Assembly (NCBI RefSeq): GCF_009834535.1 | Contig: NC_045696.1 | Location: forward strand, 111,602,001-111,666,000 | DNA length: 64,000 nt | Direction of reading: 5' to 3' | Source of the DNA: Camelus ferus | Taxonomy: Eukaryota | Shown here: positions 1 through 13,224 of the stretch, one piece after another | Numbering within the stretch: the stretch's first letter is position 1 | Layout: each line of letters begins with the position of its first letter | Notes under the pieces: generated by a model | Databases searched by the model: none | What the model was told of the DNA's origin: nothing | Seen by the model: the letters and a program-made list of their open reading frames with translations, nothing else | Program-made: the position numbers and the translations under genes

Positions 1-830
1 GAAACAACCTTGCATTCCTGGAGAAAACCCACTTGGTCATGGTGTATGATTTTTTTTTTACATATCTTGTTGGATTCAGTGATGGTACTTTGTTAAGAAT
101 TTTGCTTCCATATTTGAAATGTATATTCTTCCCATGTTCAGAATGTAGTTGTTTTTTTTTTTCCCCTTGTGGTGTTTTTGTCTGGTTTTGGTACGAGTAA
201 TACTGACCTTTATAGAGCTGGGTTGAGAAATGTTCCCTCCTCTTCTATTTTTTAGAAGAACCTGTGAAAGACAGGTGTTAATTCTTCTTTAAACACGTGA
301 TAGATTTCACTAGTGAATTCACCATCTAGTCCTTGCCTTATCTCTGTGTGAAGTTCTTTTTATTACTAATTCAATTCCTTTACTGTTATAAGCCTATGCA
401 GATTTTCTGTCTTCTTCAATCAGTTTTGATAGATGTGACTTTCTAGGAATTGATTCATTTTACCTAAATTATCTGAATGTTTGGCATTCTAATTGAATCT
501 TCTCTCTTTTCTCTTTGTCAGTCTAGCTAATATTTTGACAATTGTGTTGATCTTTTCAAAGAATCAACCTTTTGGTTTCCTTTACTGTGTTTTCTCTATT
601 GCATTTCTATTACCTATTTTATTTATTTTTGCTCTAATCTGTATTATTTCCTTCTAATACTTGCTTTGGGTTTAGTTTGCTCTTCTCTTTCCAGTTTCCT
701 AAGATGAAAGATTATTGATTTGAAATCTTTTTTTCTTTATTTAATATAAGTATTTATAGCTATAAATTTCTCTCTAAGCATCATTGCTAAGCTCTATGCC
801 AAAAATTTTGTTATGTTGTGCTTTCATTTT
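1..830 (-). mobile_element. Old L1 (L1M-type) ORF2 fragment, degraded
   Basis: T-rich antisense L1 ORF2 motifs, e.g. caaccttgcattcctgg...cccacttggtcatggtgtat and ttgatcttttcaaagaatcaac. Confidence 0.85.
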
Positions 831-839
831 CATTCCTCT

Positions 840-2075
840 CTATTTGGTGAGACGTCATTCTCATACCTTCCTTTAGTTCCTAGGTGTGGTTGATCTTCCT
901 AAATTTCCTTTCTAAATATGTTCTTTGAATAGACAATTTAAACCTTCATCTAATAAGTATAAAGTCTGTGTTTTCTCAAGGACAGTTTCTATTGATTGCT
1001 TTTTTCCTGGGTATGCATCATACCTTCTTGTTTCTTTGTATGGTTCATACCTTTTTGTTTAAAACTGGACGTTTGAAATAATACAATGTGGCAACTCGGG
1101 AAATCACATCCTCTCTTCCCAGGGTTTGTTGCTGTTGCTGCAGTGCATTCATCAGGGACTCTCCTGAGCTAATTCTGTAAATTTGTCTATACTCTAATTC
1201 TATTCTATATTGTGAGCACTGGATTCTCTTTCCAGTTAGGTTAATGGTCATCTCATGATTATACAAAGATTTCCTTAAATGCTTGGAACCAGTAAGTCCT
1301 GCAGCTGCTGCTGAAGTCCTCTGTGTGCACGCTGGGGCACGCATTCAACACAGGCAGGCAGTTTACAGCTGTATCTTAGCCTTCACTTTCTGCCTGCACT
1401 GAGCCTCAAGATCAGCTGGAGAGCTTAGAGCCTTCGCTCTTCCCTGGACGTGCGCACAACCCTAAATATGTGTATGGTTTTCTGTATTTCTAGGAATATG
1501 TTTTAGCCTTTCAAAGCCCTTTATGTACATACAACTCATTCACCAGCTTTCCTTCTAAGTTTTTATTCAGCTTATTGTTTGCCTCATCACCTCAGACAAC
1601 TGCAATGTTTTAAAACTGCCACTAATTGTTTGAGACAAACGCTCCTGGGGAAAAGACTGTTTGCAAGGGGCCAGCTCTGAGTCAGGCCAAATAAAGACTA
1701 GCCTGTGAGTGGGATTTTCCAAGGGACTGTCGGACAGGTCAAATAATGACAGTTACATGGGAACTGGGTTTAGAGGACATCCCATTCCATTCTGCCCCTT
1801 CAGAGGTTGACAGGCTGCTGGTTTTACCCAAAGCGTGAGGTCATTTATATACAAGGCTACCACTGAGCTGGCAAGACTGGCAAGTTAATACACCACAAAG
1901 TTTGCTATTCTTTCCATGATTCAGACTTTTTCGTGAATAAACGCTCTGTGGATTGTTACAATTATCTGGTTAATTTCCAGAATTTGGGGGGGAAATCCAT
2001 TTTTACTATTTTTTCACTCTTTTTATTGCTTTTCCGGAAGGTCCTTACTGCACCATTGCTGCTGATGTCACTTCC
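840..2075 (-). mobile_element. Old L1 5' region (L1MC/L1MD-like 5' end)
   Basis: Resembles recalled L1M 5'-end consensus (aaaactggacgtttgaaataatacaatgtggcaactc; ends ccttactgcaccattgctgctgatgtcac); contiguous with the ORF2 fragment. Confidence 0.6.
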
Positions 2076-3771
2076 TCCCCTAATTTTTAAGTAGTTTTAT
2101 CTGTGGCTTTATTTTCTACCTGAATATGTACTTGGTTACATACCTTTCTTGCCCTCTGACAGTTAAGTCTATCAGGATCAAACTGAAAAGGATGAAAGGC
2201 TCTGCGTAGGTCAATTAAAGAGCCCATGTGAGCACCACCCTCCACTCTGGAGAGACCAGGATGATTTGTCATGCTTTACTACCGTAGTCACACAGCAGCG
2301 GAACCACAGCAAGCAGCTTCTTCCAGGCCAGGAGACTTGGCTTATCCATTTCTCTCTCTTCACTACTATTTCATTTAAAAAATAGTCTATCTTTTTATCA
2401 AATGAGAGCATGCGCCAAGTTAAATGCATCCCAAACGTTAATGAACAAAAAAGCAATAAGCCACTGCCCCACCCCTCAGTTAACTGCTTTCAACAATTTA
2501 TGTTTTGAGTTCTTCTAAAGATGGTCTCCACATTTTAAATAATATGGTTATACCACTAACTCTTCATTTATCAAATCTAGATATTATTATTTCCTTATTG
2601 CAATGATAGATGAGGATTTATTATTTGATTACAAACCTCCAAAATGTTCATGCTTGTCATTACTTTTAGGTTTTTTTACTGATTACCTGTGTAAATTTAG
2701 ATCATTAATAAAACAGTTCTTTTTCCACCAACTAGAGAGAGAATCTCTTTACTCCCTACGTTTGTAAGGTACAGATCTTAGCAAACCTATCTTCCATCCA
2801 CATTTTCTCCCTCTTTCTTTTCCTCAACTTCAGTTAGAAATCATTTGACCTCTCCGTTGTCAAGGTTGATAATACTTACACTCTGGCCTGAAACATTTAA
2901 ATGTTTGCACTTAATCTGTCGCTTAACTCTAAATGTTGAAAAACAACAGATGATATTTTCATTGTTATTATTCAGCTGTTTATAGCATAGTACATAGTGA
3001 ACTATGGTAAAGCTTCCTCCCCTGAGATTGCAATATAATTATCTCTGTGCCTCTTAAAGAGTCATGTCCCTAACGACAAGGTCAACAGCGTTCTTACTTC
3101 TCCCTCTTTACTCTCTAATTGTTCGAACTCTGATACATTTCAGTTTGCTGCTTATGCGATCACAACTTTCTTGTGTTTTTGAAAAGCCAGTTTTGCCTTT
3201 CACCAAGATTCTGATGGTCTTACTTGAACCATAAGCTTCCTAGTGAGTTCTCCATAAATATTTATTGAAATTAAATTATTTGAATTACCAGCCCATCCCC
3301 ACTAATAAATGAAATGTTAAATATTGCTATTTTCCAGGAAGTATGTGACTACTGGCAAAAGCAGAGAAAAATTATTCAGTTTGTCCCTTTAGGATAAATT
3401 CCAATCCAATTTTGGCAGTACCAAGTTTTCTCAAAATTTTTGTGAGCAATATTGATATCATACCACCCAGCAGGGCTTCCAGAATTCACAATGACTTTGT
3501 GTACTCAATATTAACTAGCCGAAAGGGAAATAAATATTTTATTTTTCCATAATTGGACTAAAATTGTTTTATCTGTCAGGTTCTAAATAAAAAGCATCTG
3601 GCTTCATTGAAAGAATTTACCTTAGGTTTTTGGCTCCCCAAGAATGTACACATAATGAAGAATTACAATAATCAAATCCAGGGACAGAAAGAAGGACCCA
3701 TAAGCAAAACATTGACAGTGATAAAAAAAAAAAAAAAAAAAATAATATCATTGAGAGAAATGAGCAGTCTT

Positions 3772-4004
3772 TTTTTCTATTTTTTTCTTTTTTTAACATT
3801 TTTTATTGATTTATAGTCATTTTACAATGTTGTGTCAAATTCCAGTGTTCAGCACAATTTTTCAGTCATACATGGACATATACACACTCATTGTCACATT
3901 TTTTTCTCTGTGAGCTACCATAACATTTTGTGTATATTTCCCTGTGCTATACAGTATAATCTTATTTATCTATTCTACAATTTTGAAATCCCAGTCTATC
4001 CCTT
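3772..4004 (-). mobile_element. Young, 5'-truncated L1 3' end with 17-bp TSD
   Basis: T-rich tail at left; perfect TSD gagaaatgagcagtctt at 3755-3771 and 4005-4021; closely similar to the L1 3' UTR at about 51535-51742. Confidence 0.95.
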
Positions 4005-4634
4005 GAGAAATGAGCAGTCTTAATCATCAAGAGAGTAAATGATTTCTAGCCTCCTAATCCAAACTTTATAAAGTCACCCATAGCATTTCCCATTTAAATA
4101 GATACCCCTGTCAAGCCTCATGGAGCATGGATTCTAATTTGGGACTTCAGACCACTATGAAGACCTTCAACAAGTTGATGAAACTCTTGTATGTGTTCAG
4201 AGAGCTTTATGTTTATAAAATTTCTGAGTAGAGGGCTTACAGATTTAATTAGATTTGTTAAGTGTTCCAAGATCCCCCCAAAAGCTGAGATCACTGCCAC
4301 AGATTAAATAGCCTGCTTGGATATTGTGTGTGGACAGGCCAACCCATAAGCAGATACACCCAGGACTGCTTCTGTAGAAAAGCTACTAATTCTGTCACAG
4401 CCACACTTAATGTACCTCTCTTCCTCCTGAATTCCTAATTAGTCAAGCTGCACAATAATTCCTCTCTTCCATTTTTCTTCCTTCATGCCTATTAGAAATC
4501 ACACAGGACCTAAAGAAAATTAAAAGTGAAGCCTACACCTCCTAAACAGTATCTTTATGACCCTTAGAGGCATTGGGTAATAGCAAAACATCTGCCAAAA
4601 ATATCACTGAAAAATATTTTTAAAACATGATAAG

Positions 4635-5685
4635 CCTCTGGTTCACTCTGTTGGGGCCTGGAGAACAGAAAGTGTCTTAGACTCCTTAGATAGACACATA
4701 CATTCCAGCCTGAGGACAGTGAATCTCATGGAAAGGCAGGCGCCTAGTGCTCCAGCGAAGGTTCTGGGATCTACTCTCTGGGGCAGAATGAGATATCCCC
4801 TGCAGGTGGTAGAAACTGGCTGCCCTTTGAGCCCCTTGCCATTAAGAAAAAGCCACAGTGTTTAGTGGCCCTCTTTGGAGTTTAGAGGCGCATACAGCAC
4901 ACTTTGGTGTCCTTTTCTAACCCATTTCCTATTGAATCCAATGGCTGTCAACTGAAGTGAGGCTAAAGGCAAGTGGAAATTGTCCAGCTGGTCCAAGCTG
5001 CGGTGCCAGCAGCCCTGATGCTTGACTCTTATGAGCCAGCAGAGCTGACGGGGCTTGATGGATCTGTGACCGATTGTTACTCTGTGGGGCTTCTGTAAGA
5101 TTGGAGTGGCAACCTCTAGGGTTAGGGGGCAAACATTCCCTTTTCAAGCCTTTTGGAAAACATGTTTTGGTTTTCTGTTGGGCCCATTGAAGACTCAGTA
5201 CCTTACCATGGGATACCAACTGAGCATGTAACTTCTCCATGTAACATCATGTATTAAGTGCTACCTAATTAATGGCATCCCCATAAACTCAAGCATATCC
5301 AACAAATGGTAATCAAATGGTTGATATATATTGATAATACTGAGGTACCTCAAATACAGATACATATTTATAAGTATTGAGAGAGAGAGAGAGAACTAAC
5401 CGAGACAGCTCTTAAAGGCTCTGATCTGACTGAGCAAGTGCTCTACACTCGCTGACTACTCACTCAAGGCTCCTGCCACTTCTCCCTCACTGATGGCCTC
5501 TGGGGAGCTTCCTCCGCCCAGGGTCCGAGGAGGGAAGGATGAAGCTTCACTTACAGACAGTTCTTCCACACAGCGCTGCTCCCACCTGGAAATGGCCTCT
5601 GGAAAGCCTCATAGGCCTCCCCGTGGGGGCCGTGAAGGACAGGGAAGAGAGGTTCCCCCACGGGCAGGAGACTGAACAGGACCGT
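4635..5685 (+). mobile_element. ERVL internal relic: decayed pol (RT C-terminus, tether, RNase H start)
   Basis: Hand translation gives KKKPQCLVALFGV*R, VQLVQAAVPAALMLDSYEPA and PFGKHVLVFCWA, matching ERVL Pol KKEAQRLVGLFGFWR, QQVQAAVQAALPLGPYDPA and PFEKQLLACYWA; many stops and frameshifts. Confidence 0.85.
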
Positions 5686-5689
5686 TCTC

Positions 5690-6110
5690 TTTCACTAGTA
5701 AGTCGCGGTAACAAGCAACCCCAAAACATGGGTCCTCACTCATAGGTAATAACAAAGATGGTTTCCCACTCAGTGTAACGTGGCGGTAGATGAACAGAGG
5801 CTGCAGCTCTGCTCTACGTATCTGCTCAGTCTCATATCCAAAATGAAACACAGCCACTGTCCATGGCACTGCATTCTTGTGTCAGAGGAAAGGAGGCCAT
5901 GTCAAAGCTCACAAGGGCATTCTCATGTCTTATCTGGACATACCAGGTCTTGTGTCTGGTCACATTCCATTGGCCAAAATGGGCCATATGGCAAAGCCTA
6001 GTCAACAGTCTCTACAGGAGAAAAAGTTTCATCACCAACAATGGGTAGGGTGTACGGAACTTTAGTAGGAATGGGGAGTGAGCAGTTAAGGAAAATAATA
6101 GAGCCGACCA
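5690..6110 (-). mobile_element. MaLR LTR (MLT1J/K-like) inserted in the ERVL relic
   Basis: ggtaacaagcaaccccaaaa ... cacattccattggccaaaatgggccatatggc motifs typical of antisense old MLT1. Confidence 0.65.
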
Positions 6111-6149
6111 CAAGCAGTACATATCAGTGTTCGCTTTTGCTGGAAAGAC

Positions 6150-6640
6150 TGTTTAAGGTGTGGTTCAAGCCAACTCAGCGGGAGTGGCTGACAGTTTAGG
6201 TGAATCATGAATAGAGAACTGGAATAAGGAGGTTTGAGGAAGAAGTCCGTGTGTGGGCCTCTCAACGTGGACCCAGATATGTGTGCCCCATGTGAATCCT
6301 CACCAGAGTCCCACCATGGGGGAAACTCTTAATAATCATTGATCCATCTAGCGTATGTCAGTCAGCCTCTGTCTTCAGCCAGTAAACTCATGATCTAAGT
6401 GGCTATGACAAGAGGGACAGAGAAACATCCTCATGAAAACCAACCGGTCACAATCACTGAGGAGCATTCCAGTTGCCAGTAGCAGCAACCAACTCTAAGC
6501 TCAGGTATATTAAACCATCTCCTTGAGTGAGGGCAAAGCAACCCGCCAGCCATCTTGTGACAGGTTGATTGTATTAGATCCCCTTTATCAGGGTGATTTT
6601 TCCTCACTGGATTAATCCCTAATTCTGGATTTGGGTTTGC
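6150..6640 (+). mobile_element. ERVL internal relic: RNase H end and integrase N-terminus/core start
   Basis: Degraded matches to ERVL KEIWGRG, HVSAHQ, CQQQRPTLS, WQVDYIGPL and LTGIDTYSGYGFA (tgacaggttgattgtattagatcc; ctcactggattaatccctaattctggatttgggtttgca). Confidence 0.8.
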
Positions 6641-6649
6641 AGCAGAATA

Positions 6650-6816
6650 CGGTGACAAGGCATCCTTACAAATTGTTCCTGCAGTCTCCCAGTCATCCTG
6701 GAGCCTGGCTCCGCAGCCTTCCCGCTGACTCTGTGGGCTACACAGTTTCCTCCCAATAAATCCTTTGCAGCTCAGAGTCAGTTTCTGTTACTTGAAACTA
6801 AGACTCTAGACTGAGA
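6650..6816 (+). mobile_element. ERVL-class LTR 3' fragment
   Basis: aataaa followed by cagagtcagtttctgttacttgaaactaagactctagactga, a typical ERVL/MaLR LTR end. Confidence 0.55.
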
Positions 6817-6884
6817 AACAAAGCATTCGGGATTCCTGCTCAGTCACTTTCCTTGTGAAACAAAGCCCTGAACTCCCACCTTCT

Positions 6885-7365
6885 CAAAATCCTGCCATTT
6901 GCAACAACATGGATGAGACCGGAGGGCATTATGCTAAGTAAGGTAAGACAGAGACAGACAAATACTGTATGAACTCACTTAATGTGGAACCTAAAAAAAT
7001 CAAATGCATAGAAACAGAGAACACAGTGGTGGTTGTCAGGGGCTGAGGGTGGGGAATGGGAGAAATGGATGAAGGTGGTCGAAGGGTCCAAACCTCCAGT
7101 ATAAGATGAGTAAGTTTTGGAGATGTAACGTACATCATGCTGACTATAGTTAACAATACTGTATTGTATATTTGGAATTTAGTAAGAGAGTAGATTCTTG
7201 AAATCCTCACCACAAAAAAACAGTTCGTAACTACGTGAAGTGGAAGATGTGTTAACTATATCGTGGTAATCATTTTGCAATATATACAAATGTCAAATCA
7301 TTACATTGTACACCTTAAATTTACATGTTATATGTCAATCATATCTCAATTAACCTGGAAAAAAT
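6885..7365 (+). mobile_element. L1 3' end (L1MA-late/L1MB-like)
   Basis: aaatcctgccatttgcaacaacatggatg...gactatagttaacaatactgtattgtatatttg...cattgtacaccttaaattt. Confidence 0.9.
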
Positions 7366-8196
7366 TTCCCAACTTCTCCATAAAAGAAGAAAGAAGTTTC
7401 CTCCATTTTAGAATTATACATCCAGCACTCAAGCTATAAACAAATCAACCTAAGAGGAATATCTTAGGGATTCAAGTTTCGGCTGCTTGGGCAAAAACAC
7501 GGGCTGAGCCGAGGAATTCACCAGGGCATTCGCTCAGTGCAGGCGCTGTATCAGATGCTTCTTTTTCATAAAACCATTGTATATTTCCTTGGATAGTATG
7601 TCATCTTTTCCACATACTTCAGTTTTTCCTGCATAAAATAACTCAAATTAGGTAGTTCTATATAAAATCTCTTAGTAATTGCTAGCACTTCTGCAAGTTT
7701 TTCTCAAGAATCTTTACTTTTTAAAAGATGCGTCTAGCAGCTTCTTCATGACCAAAATTAGAAAGAATTCAGGCAGCCCCAAAACAAACTCTTTAGCACT
7801 TATTTGGGTCTCCTGAATTTTTTTTTTAAGTCTTTGTTACGCACTCCTGTCTGCATCAAATTTCTTCCAGTCTTAGCATAGTACCTTAGTCAATATAGAC
7901 TAAACTCTGAAATCTTAGTGATGGCTTAATACGGCAAAGACTCATTTCGTTTCTATTTCATTCATGTAATGTTTTATGTAACAGCTTTTCTCCACGTGGT
8001 GACATAGGAATCTAGGATGCTCAAATTGGTGGTTCCATGGTCTCAGTCTATAACCTCCATAGCCCTTTTGCCTGAATAATTCACATGTCCTCAGCCTAAC
8101 TGCTAGCGAGCTGAGGATGCAGAAGGAGCGTCAACTATAGGTGGAAAAGAAACAGGTACTATTCATTTGTTCTAGCATTCAAAAAGCATTATTTTC

Positions 8197-8277
8197 GTAG
8201 GCACTTCGTGTATAGCTCAGTGGTAGAGTGTGTGCTCAGCATGCATGAGGTCTTGGGTCAATCCCCAGTACCTCCAT

Positions 8278-8333
<56 letters not shown>

Positions 8334-8393
8334 ATACCTCTCCTCCAAAAAAAAAAGTAAAAAAAATTTTTAAATAAAATAAATTAAAAAAAA
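8197..8393 (+). mobile_element. tRNA-Ala-derived SINE (vic-1-like) with (TAAA)n tail
   Basis: A-box tagctcagtggtagag, AGC-like anticodon arm, degenerate B-box, (aaat)n tail; TSD core cattattttc at 8187-8196 and 8394-8403. Confidence 0.9.
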
Positions 8394-8409
8394 CATTATT
8401 TTCTTTGTT

Positions 8410-8780
8410 AGCTGGTACCTGTCTGACACCTTGTTTGCACCAGGGCCATGAACTTGAGCTATTCATGGGCCTTTTCCTCAAGGAGATTATAGTTCAGTAA
8501 GACGCAGAGAGGTGAGAAATGGATCAAACAATTAACGTCATATAATAAGCACTGTATAGAGGTTACTATTAAAGCACAGAGAAGGGGAAATCAAGGGAAG
8601 ATCTTGGGGGGAGGTGATTTTTGAGCTGGGTTTTTAAGGATCCAGTTCAAATCAAGCAGATGATGTAAAGGAAAGAACATTCTAGGCAAAGAGATCAGAG
8701 TGGGAGGACACCTGGACAAACAGAAACAGCATGGAGATTTCAGGGAGGGTGGATCAGAGCAGAGAAGAGTCAAAGTCACA
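8410..8780 (-). mobile_element. L2 fragment
   Basis: cctcaaggagattatagttcag ... ggaggtgatttttgagctgggtttttaagga ... gaacattctaggcaaagag. Confidence 0.7.
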
Positions 8781-9269
8781 AAAGTTGAGTTGAAAGTACT
8801 TTCCCAAAGTATGTTCACCATAACTGAGTCCCCTGACATGCTCCATGGCAAAAGGATTCAATGGGTAAATGTGTAAAATGTTGGGGAAATAGAGCAGATT
8901 CTAGTCACATTTTGGCATACTGAAAGTTCTAAGAGACTCTATGATATCCAAAAAAGATTGATCTTTTTTGACTAGATTTACCAAAATTAACATGGAGCCC
9001 TATTAGCAGCACATAGAATTGGTAGGCTGGAGAATAGACATGGAGAAAATCTGGGAGTAACTATATGGATGTGTACTTAAAGACCTTACATCTCATCCAG
9101 AATGTTATAAGGACAATGAAGGATGTTTCTTAGAATCATGTCACTGAATCTACTAAGCTGTTCAAAGTCAGAGTTTGTAATTTCTTCATCTCTGTATATA
9201 CACATTCCAAGCCCAAGATTTTGCACATAGCAGAGGCTCCATAAGTTTAAGAGTGATTCGGTGAATTAA

Positions 9270-9779
9270 GTAGCTTTTGAAATGGTTCCCAATGATCTCT
9301 GCCCTCTTGGTCTTCATGCCCTTTGTGGAATCCCCTCCCCTTGGGCACCGGCTGGACCTTACTTACTTCTAACAAATGGAATACAGTATAGGACGTCATT
9401 CTGTGACTTCCATGTGACTTTTCTCTATCTTGCTAGAATTCGCTCTTGCGTTCCTGCTTGCTTGCTACCATGCTCTAAGAGGTTCTGTGGATAGGTCCAC
9501 ATGGAAAGGAACTGAGAGAGACCTCCAATCAGCAAGTCACGAAGAACTGAAGCCACAGTTTAATGGACCACAGGAATTAAATCTTACACGTGACTAAGCT
9601 TGGAAGTGGATTCTCTCTAGTCAAGCCTGGTGTGACTATAACCTTGGAAGAGACTCAAACCTAAGGGACCCAGCCAAATGTGATTACTGCCTTACAGAAA
9701 CTGTGAGACTATAAAAGTGTATTTTTTGAGCTGCTAAGTTTTGGGGTAATATGTTATGTAGCAGTAGATAACTAGTACA
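9270..9779 (+). mobile_element. MaLR solo LTR (MLT1F-like)
   Basis: aaatggttcccaatgatctctgccctcttgg start; canonical end ctaagttttggggtaatatgttatgtagcagtagataactagtaca. Confidence 0.85.
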
Positions 9780-9889
9780 GTAAATGAATAGATGAATAAA
9801 TCAAAAAATGGAGTTTTCTCCATCTTATATCCTTGGTATTTATCAAGTCTCCTTCCTTCCTCTTTTGTACTTGAATGACACAAGAGCTG

Positions 9890-10853
9890 TATGTTTGATG
9901 GTGCAGTTAGCCCTATGTTTTCAATTTTTTCTGTATTCTTGCCTTTTCCCATGTGACTTAGCCATTTTTCATGTTAAAGAAATAAAATACATTTTCCTCT
10001 CTCTTGACATTGGGTTTAGCTATGTACTGCTTTGGCTAACAGGATAAGGCAGAATGTCAGTTACAAGCCTAGGTTTAAGAGGTCTTGAATGTTTTCACTC
10101 AAATGTTCTTGCAGTCATGACCCCTCTATAAGAAGAACTCAAACTAGTCTGTTTATCCCAAGAGGAGGATGAGAGAGCCACGTAGTCAAGCCCCATCTCA
10201 GTTGGTAACTCCCAGACTATCCACCGAATTTTCACAGAGTCCAAACTCGTTCTGCTCACTGTATGACAGGCCAGTAAATCAGGAGACGAGGTGTTGAGGC
10301 AAGGAATAACCACTTTATTCAGAAAGCCTGCAGACAGAGAAGATGGCATACTAAAGACCTGGAGAACCATCTTCCCCAAGTCAGAATTCAGGCTCCTCTT
10401 ATACTAAAAAGGGGAAGGACTGTGGTTGGTTGTTGCAAACTTCTTGCTGTTGGAATCCTTTGTTCCTGCAGTTGTCCATGTGGGTCAGGTCATGGTGTCC
10501 CCATAAACCTCCAACAAGACAAATGTTATTTTCTATTCTGCAACTTTTTATCTTTATGTGAATGGGAAAATGTTCTACCTCTAAAGGTCAGAACCTTGAG
10601 AATAGGCTATCCTTATGTATGTTTCAAGCTATAGGCAACTTTTTTTTTTAACAAAAGCTGCAGAACCAGCATGACTAAGCCCAGGAAACAGAGCACAGGG
10701 TTAAAGCCAAAGGAACAGACCTAACATAGAGTAAGATGTGTTCTCTTCTATCACAGAATCATGAGCTAAGTAGATGCATAGTTATGTGTGCCACTGAGAT
10801 TTCCTGATTTTTTTGTTGTTGTTACATTATTGTTCCAATAGTTGATTGACACA
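9890..10853 (+). mobile_element. MaLR LTR (MLT1G/H-like), split by a nested LTR
   Basis: MLT1 motifs on both sides of 10229-10753; ends gccactgagattt...gttgattgacaca. Confidence 0.75.
10229..10753 (-). mobile_element. ERV1-like solo LTR nested in MLT1
   Basis: Minus strand begins TGATAG, has AATAAA (plus tttatt near 10314); imperfect 5-bp TSD ccgaa (10224-10228) / cagaa (10754-10758). Confidence 0.75.
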
Positions 10854-13224
10854 AGCTGTGTTAAGGAAAGGGGCCTGGGAAACTTCCTGCTGAAGAACAA
10901 TCTGATTCAGTAAACCCTGTGTCTAAACATTAGCTCAAATAAGGAAAAAAGTAGATAGCTAAATTTTCAGGCAATCTGAAGTAATTTGACCAATTTTCTT
11001 AAATTCTGAAATTTCCAGATCCTGTTTCTAGTGGCTTGCTAACACCCTCAACAAGTTATGGCAGAGAAAGTGGATTCCAGTTTATCACTTACCTTAGTAA
11101 GTTAGAGAAATATATGAAGCAACTTAAAAGAAAATCCTCTTCTCTTATATCAAATAATTTTTACTAGGGTTTCTATTGGTCTGGTTAGTATAAAATCAAC
11201 AGGGGAGAAAAAAAAACTTAGTTCTCCCTTTCTCATTACCATGGCTCATAAGTTTGATGCTTTTGAAGAACTCATTAGCTCTTTGGGATCATAATTAGCT
11301 AGAGGTCTGTTAGCTGTTCTTTTTTTCCCATTAAATTGTGATCATGGGGAGGAGAAAAGCATCAGCTGAAGGGAAATTCAGTCCATGAATGTTTTACATG
11401 TAATCTAAGAAAGTTCAGTCTTTGATGGACTGAATTATGTTGGAACCAAAGACTCTTCTTTGATCCTGATTGCCTTGAAGTCATTTTAAAGAAATCACTA
11501 TGATTTGCTTGTTGCTATTTTTCTTTCCAACTTTTATTCCATTATGTTTATTTGGTTTTTTAACAGACTTACTAAAATAGTATTTCTTATTGCTCTGCTA
11601 AAATTGCCAAATCCCTTCCTCAAGATAGCTGAACCATTCTATACTATTTATACAGTAAACCAGAACTTTTCTGGGTGTTTGTACCCTGGCCAAATGCATT
11701 ATCATAAGCTATACATTTTTCCTATTTCTGTAGCTCTGATAGGATGTTTTGAAATTCACAATATTGGAAAAAGTGTTTACCACTCAAATCACATGGCAAA
11801 TTGAACCAATTTTAACGATGATGTGGAAATACTACTCCCTTGAAATACCAGTCTAGGCTTTAATTGCTGTAATTATCCCTCAGCAGGACGACAGTACAGA
11901 TTTCCCAGCTGCGCCAGCTGCATGGCATGCTGGGACTAAGAACAGGGACAAATTGAAGGGCTCATGGGGTTTTCTGGAATAAACAAAACTGTAGCTCCAA
12001 GAAGGAAATGATCCCCAGAAAGTCCAAATTTGAACAGAGACATAGCAAAATCAAACTAGAGTTATCACGGAGGATAAGTAGGAATGGAATATGCCATTTG
12101 GGAGTGCAGAGTAGAGATCTTGTCAATGCAGGTTGCCAGGGTGGAACTTTCCAAGAGTTCCATTGAAACAGGACAGAGCAAAGCAAGAGTGTGAGTCAGA
12201 CTCCAAATGTAATAGAATAATATTGTGAAGAGTTAACTCATGTATCCCATATTCTTTATTCCCTTTAGGACTGATCTTACCATCCCTCTCCTAATCCCCA
12301 GGAAAAAAAAGTTCTCAAAGTAGGCAAGATAACAATATACCTAATGCTTTTTCTTTAAATAATTAGTGCAAAGGTAAGACCAAAATGAATGTCATAGATA
12401 TGTTATCAGACAAAACAGACCCTTGCTCCCAACTATCTGAGCTGAGGATTATAACAGAAGAGGAGAAAGTTCAGATGTTGGCCCATCTCTGTGCCACAAC
12501 AGCTGTCCCCAATTCCTAGAGGTGGTAGAAGGGAAAGGTGATGAAATCTTCTAGATAAGTTAAAAGGATAACAGACCAGGAGACCCGTGCCTCACATGTC
12601 CTTTCTAAAACACAGTAAGTTGGCTGCCTTGCTGATACCCCCCAAAAAACCATTACAGGGGATCAACACAGCAGGGATGATTGGGAAGGGTACCTGTGAC
12701 AAGATAGGAGCCAGGCAACAACCCTGGCTTTTTCATGGGTGCCCAAACAGGAGAACATCTGGAATTTCCTTATGCCCTTGAAATATGAAATTAGAGCTAA
12801 ATAAGGGATAGGAGTACACTCTTTCCTTCCCCACAAAACCCTCAAAAAAAAGTGAAAAACCACAATATCCTAGGGTTTGGAATAAGAAAGAAGCCAGGTA
12901 ACCTGTACAAAGCTGATGGCTAGAGGACATGGAAGACTATATATTTACATCCTCTACAGGATGATTTTTATTTCTTGGTGAGCACTTTACGGAAGAGGGT
13001 TAAGCCTGAGGAACATACTCGCTCAGTTCTTAGTGGAGCAGAAGACCAACAGAAGAATGAGAGAGATGGAGACCAAGGAAGAGAACTATTTCTACCAATG
13101 GCTCAATGACCTTCATTAAACGACATGATGATATAGACAAAGACCACCTCATTAAGGTCTAGTTGAAGAGTTTTAAATTTAATTATGAGCAGTAAAAAGC
13201 CTTTGAAGGTATAAGGTTTTTTCC

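Noticed and set aside
2340..3200. Possible HAL1/L1ME remnants
   Set aside because: Too degraded to assign by eye.
11880..12800. Possible very old LTR (Gypsy-like) fragments
   Set aside because: The texture is suggestive, but I could not match a specific consensus.
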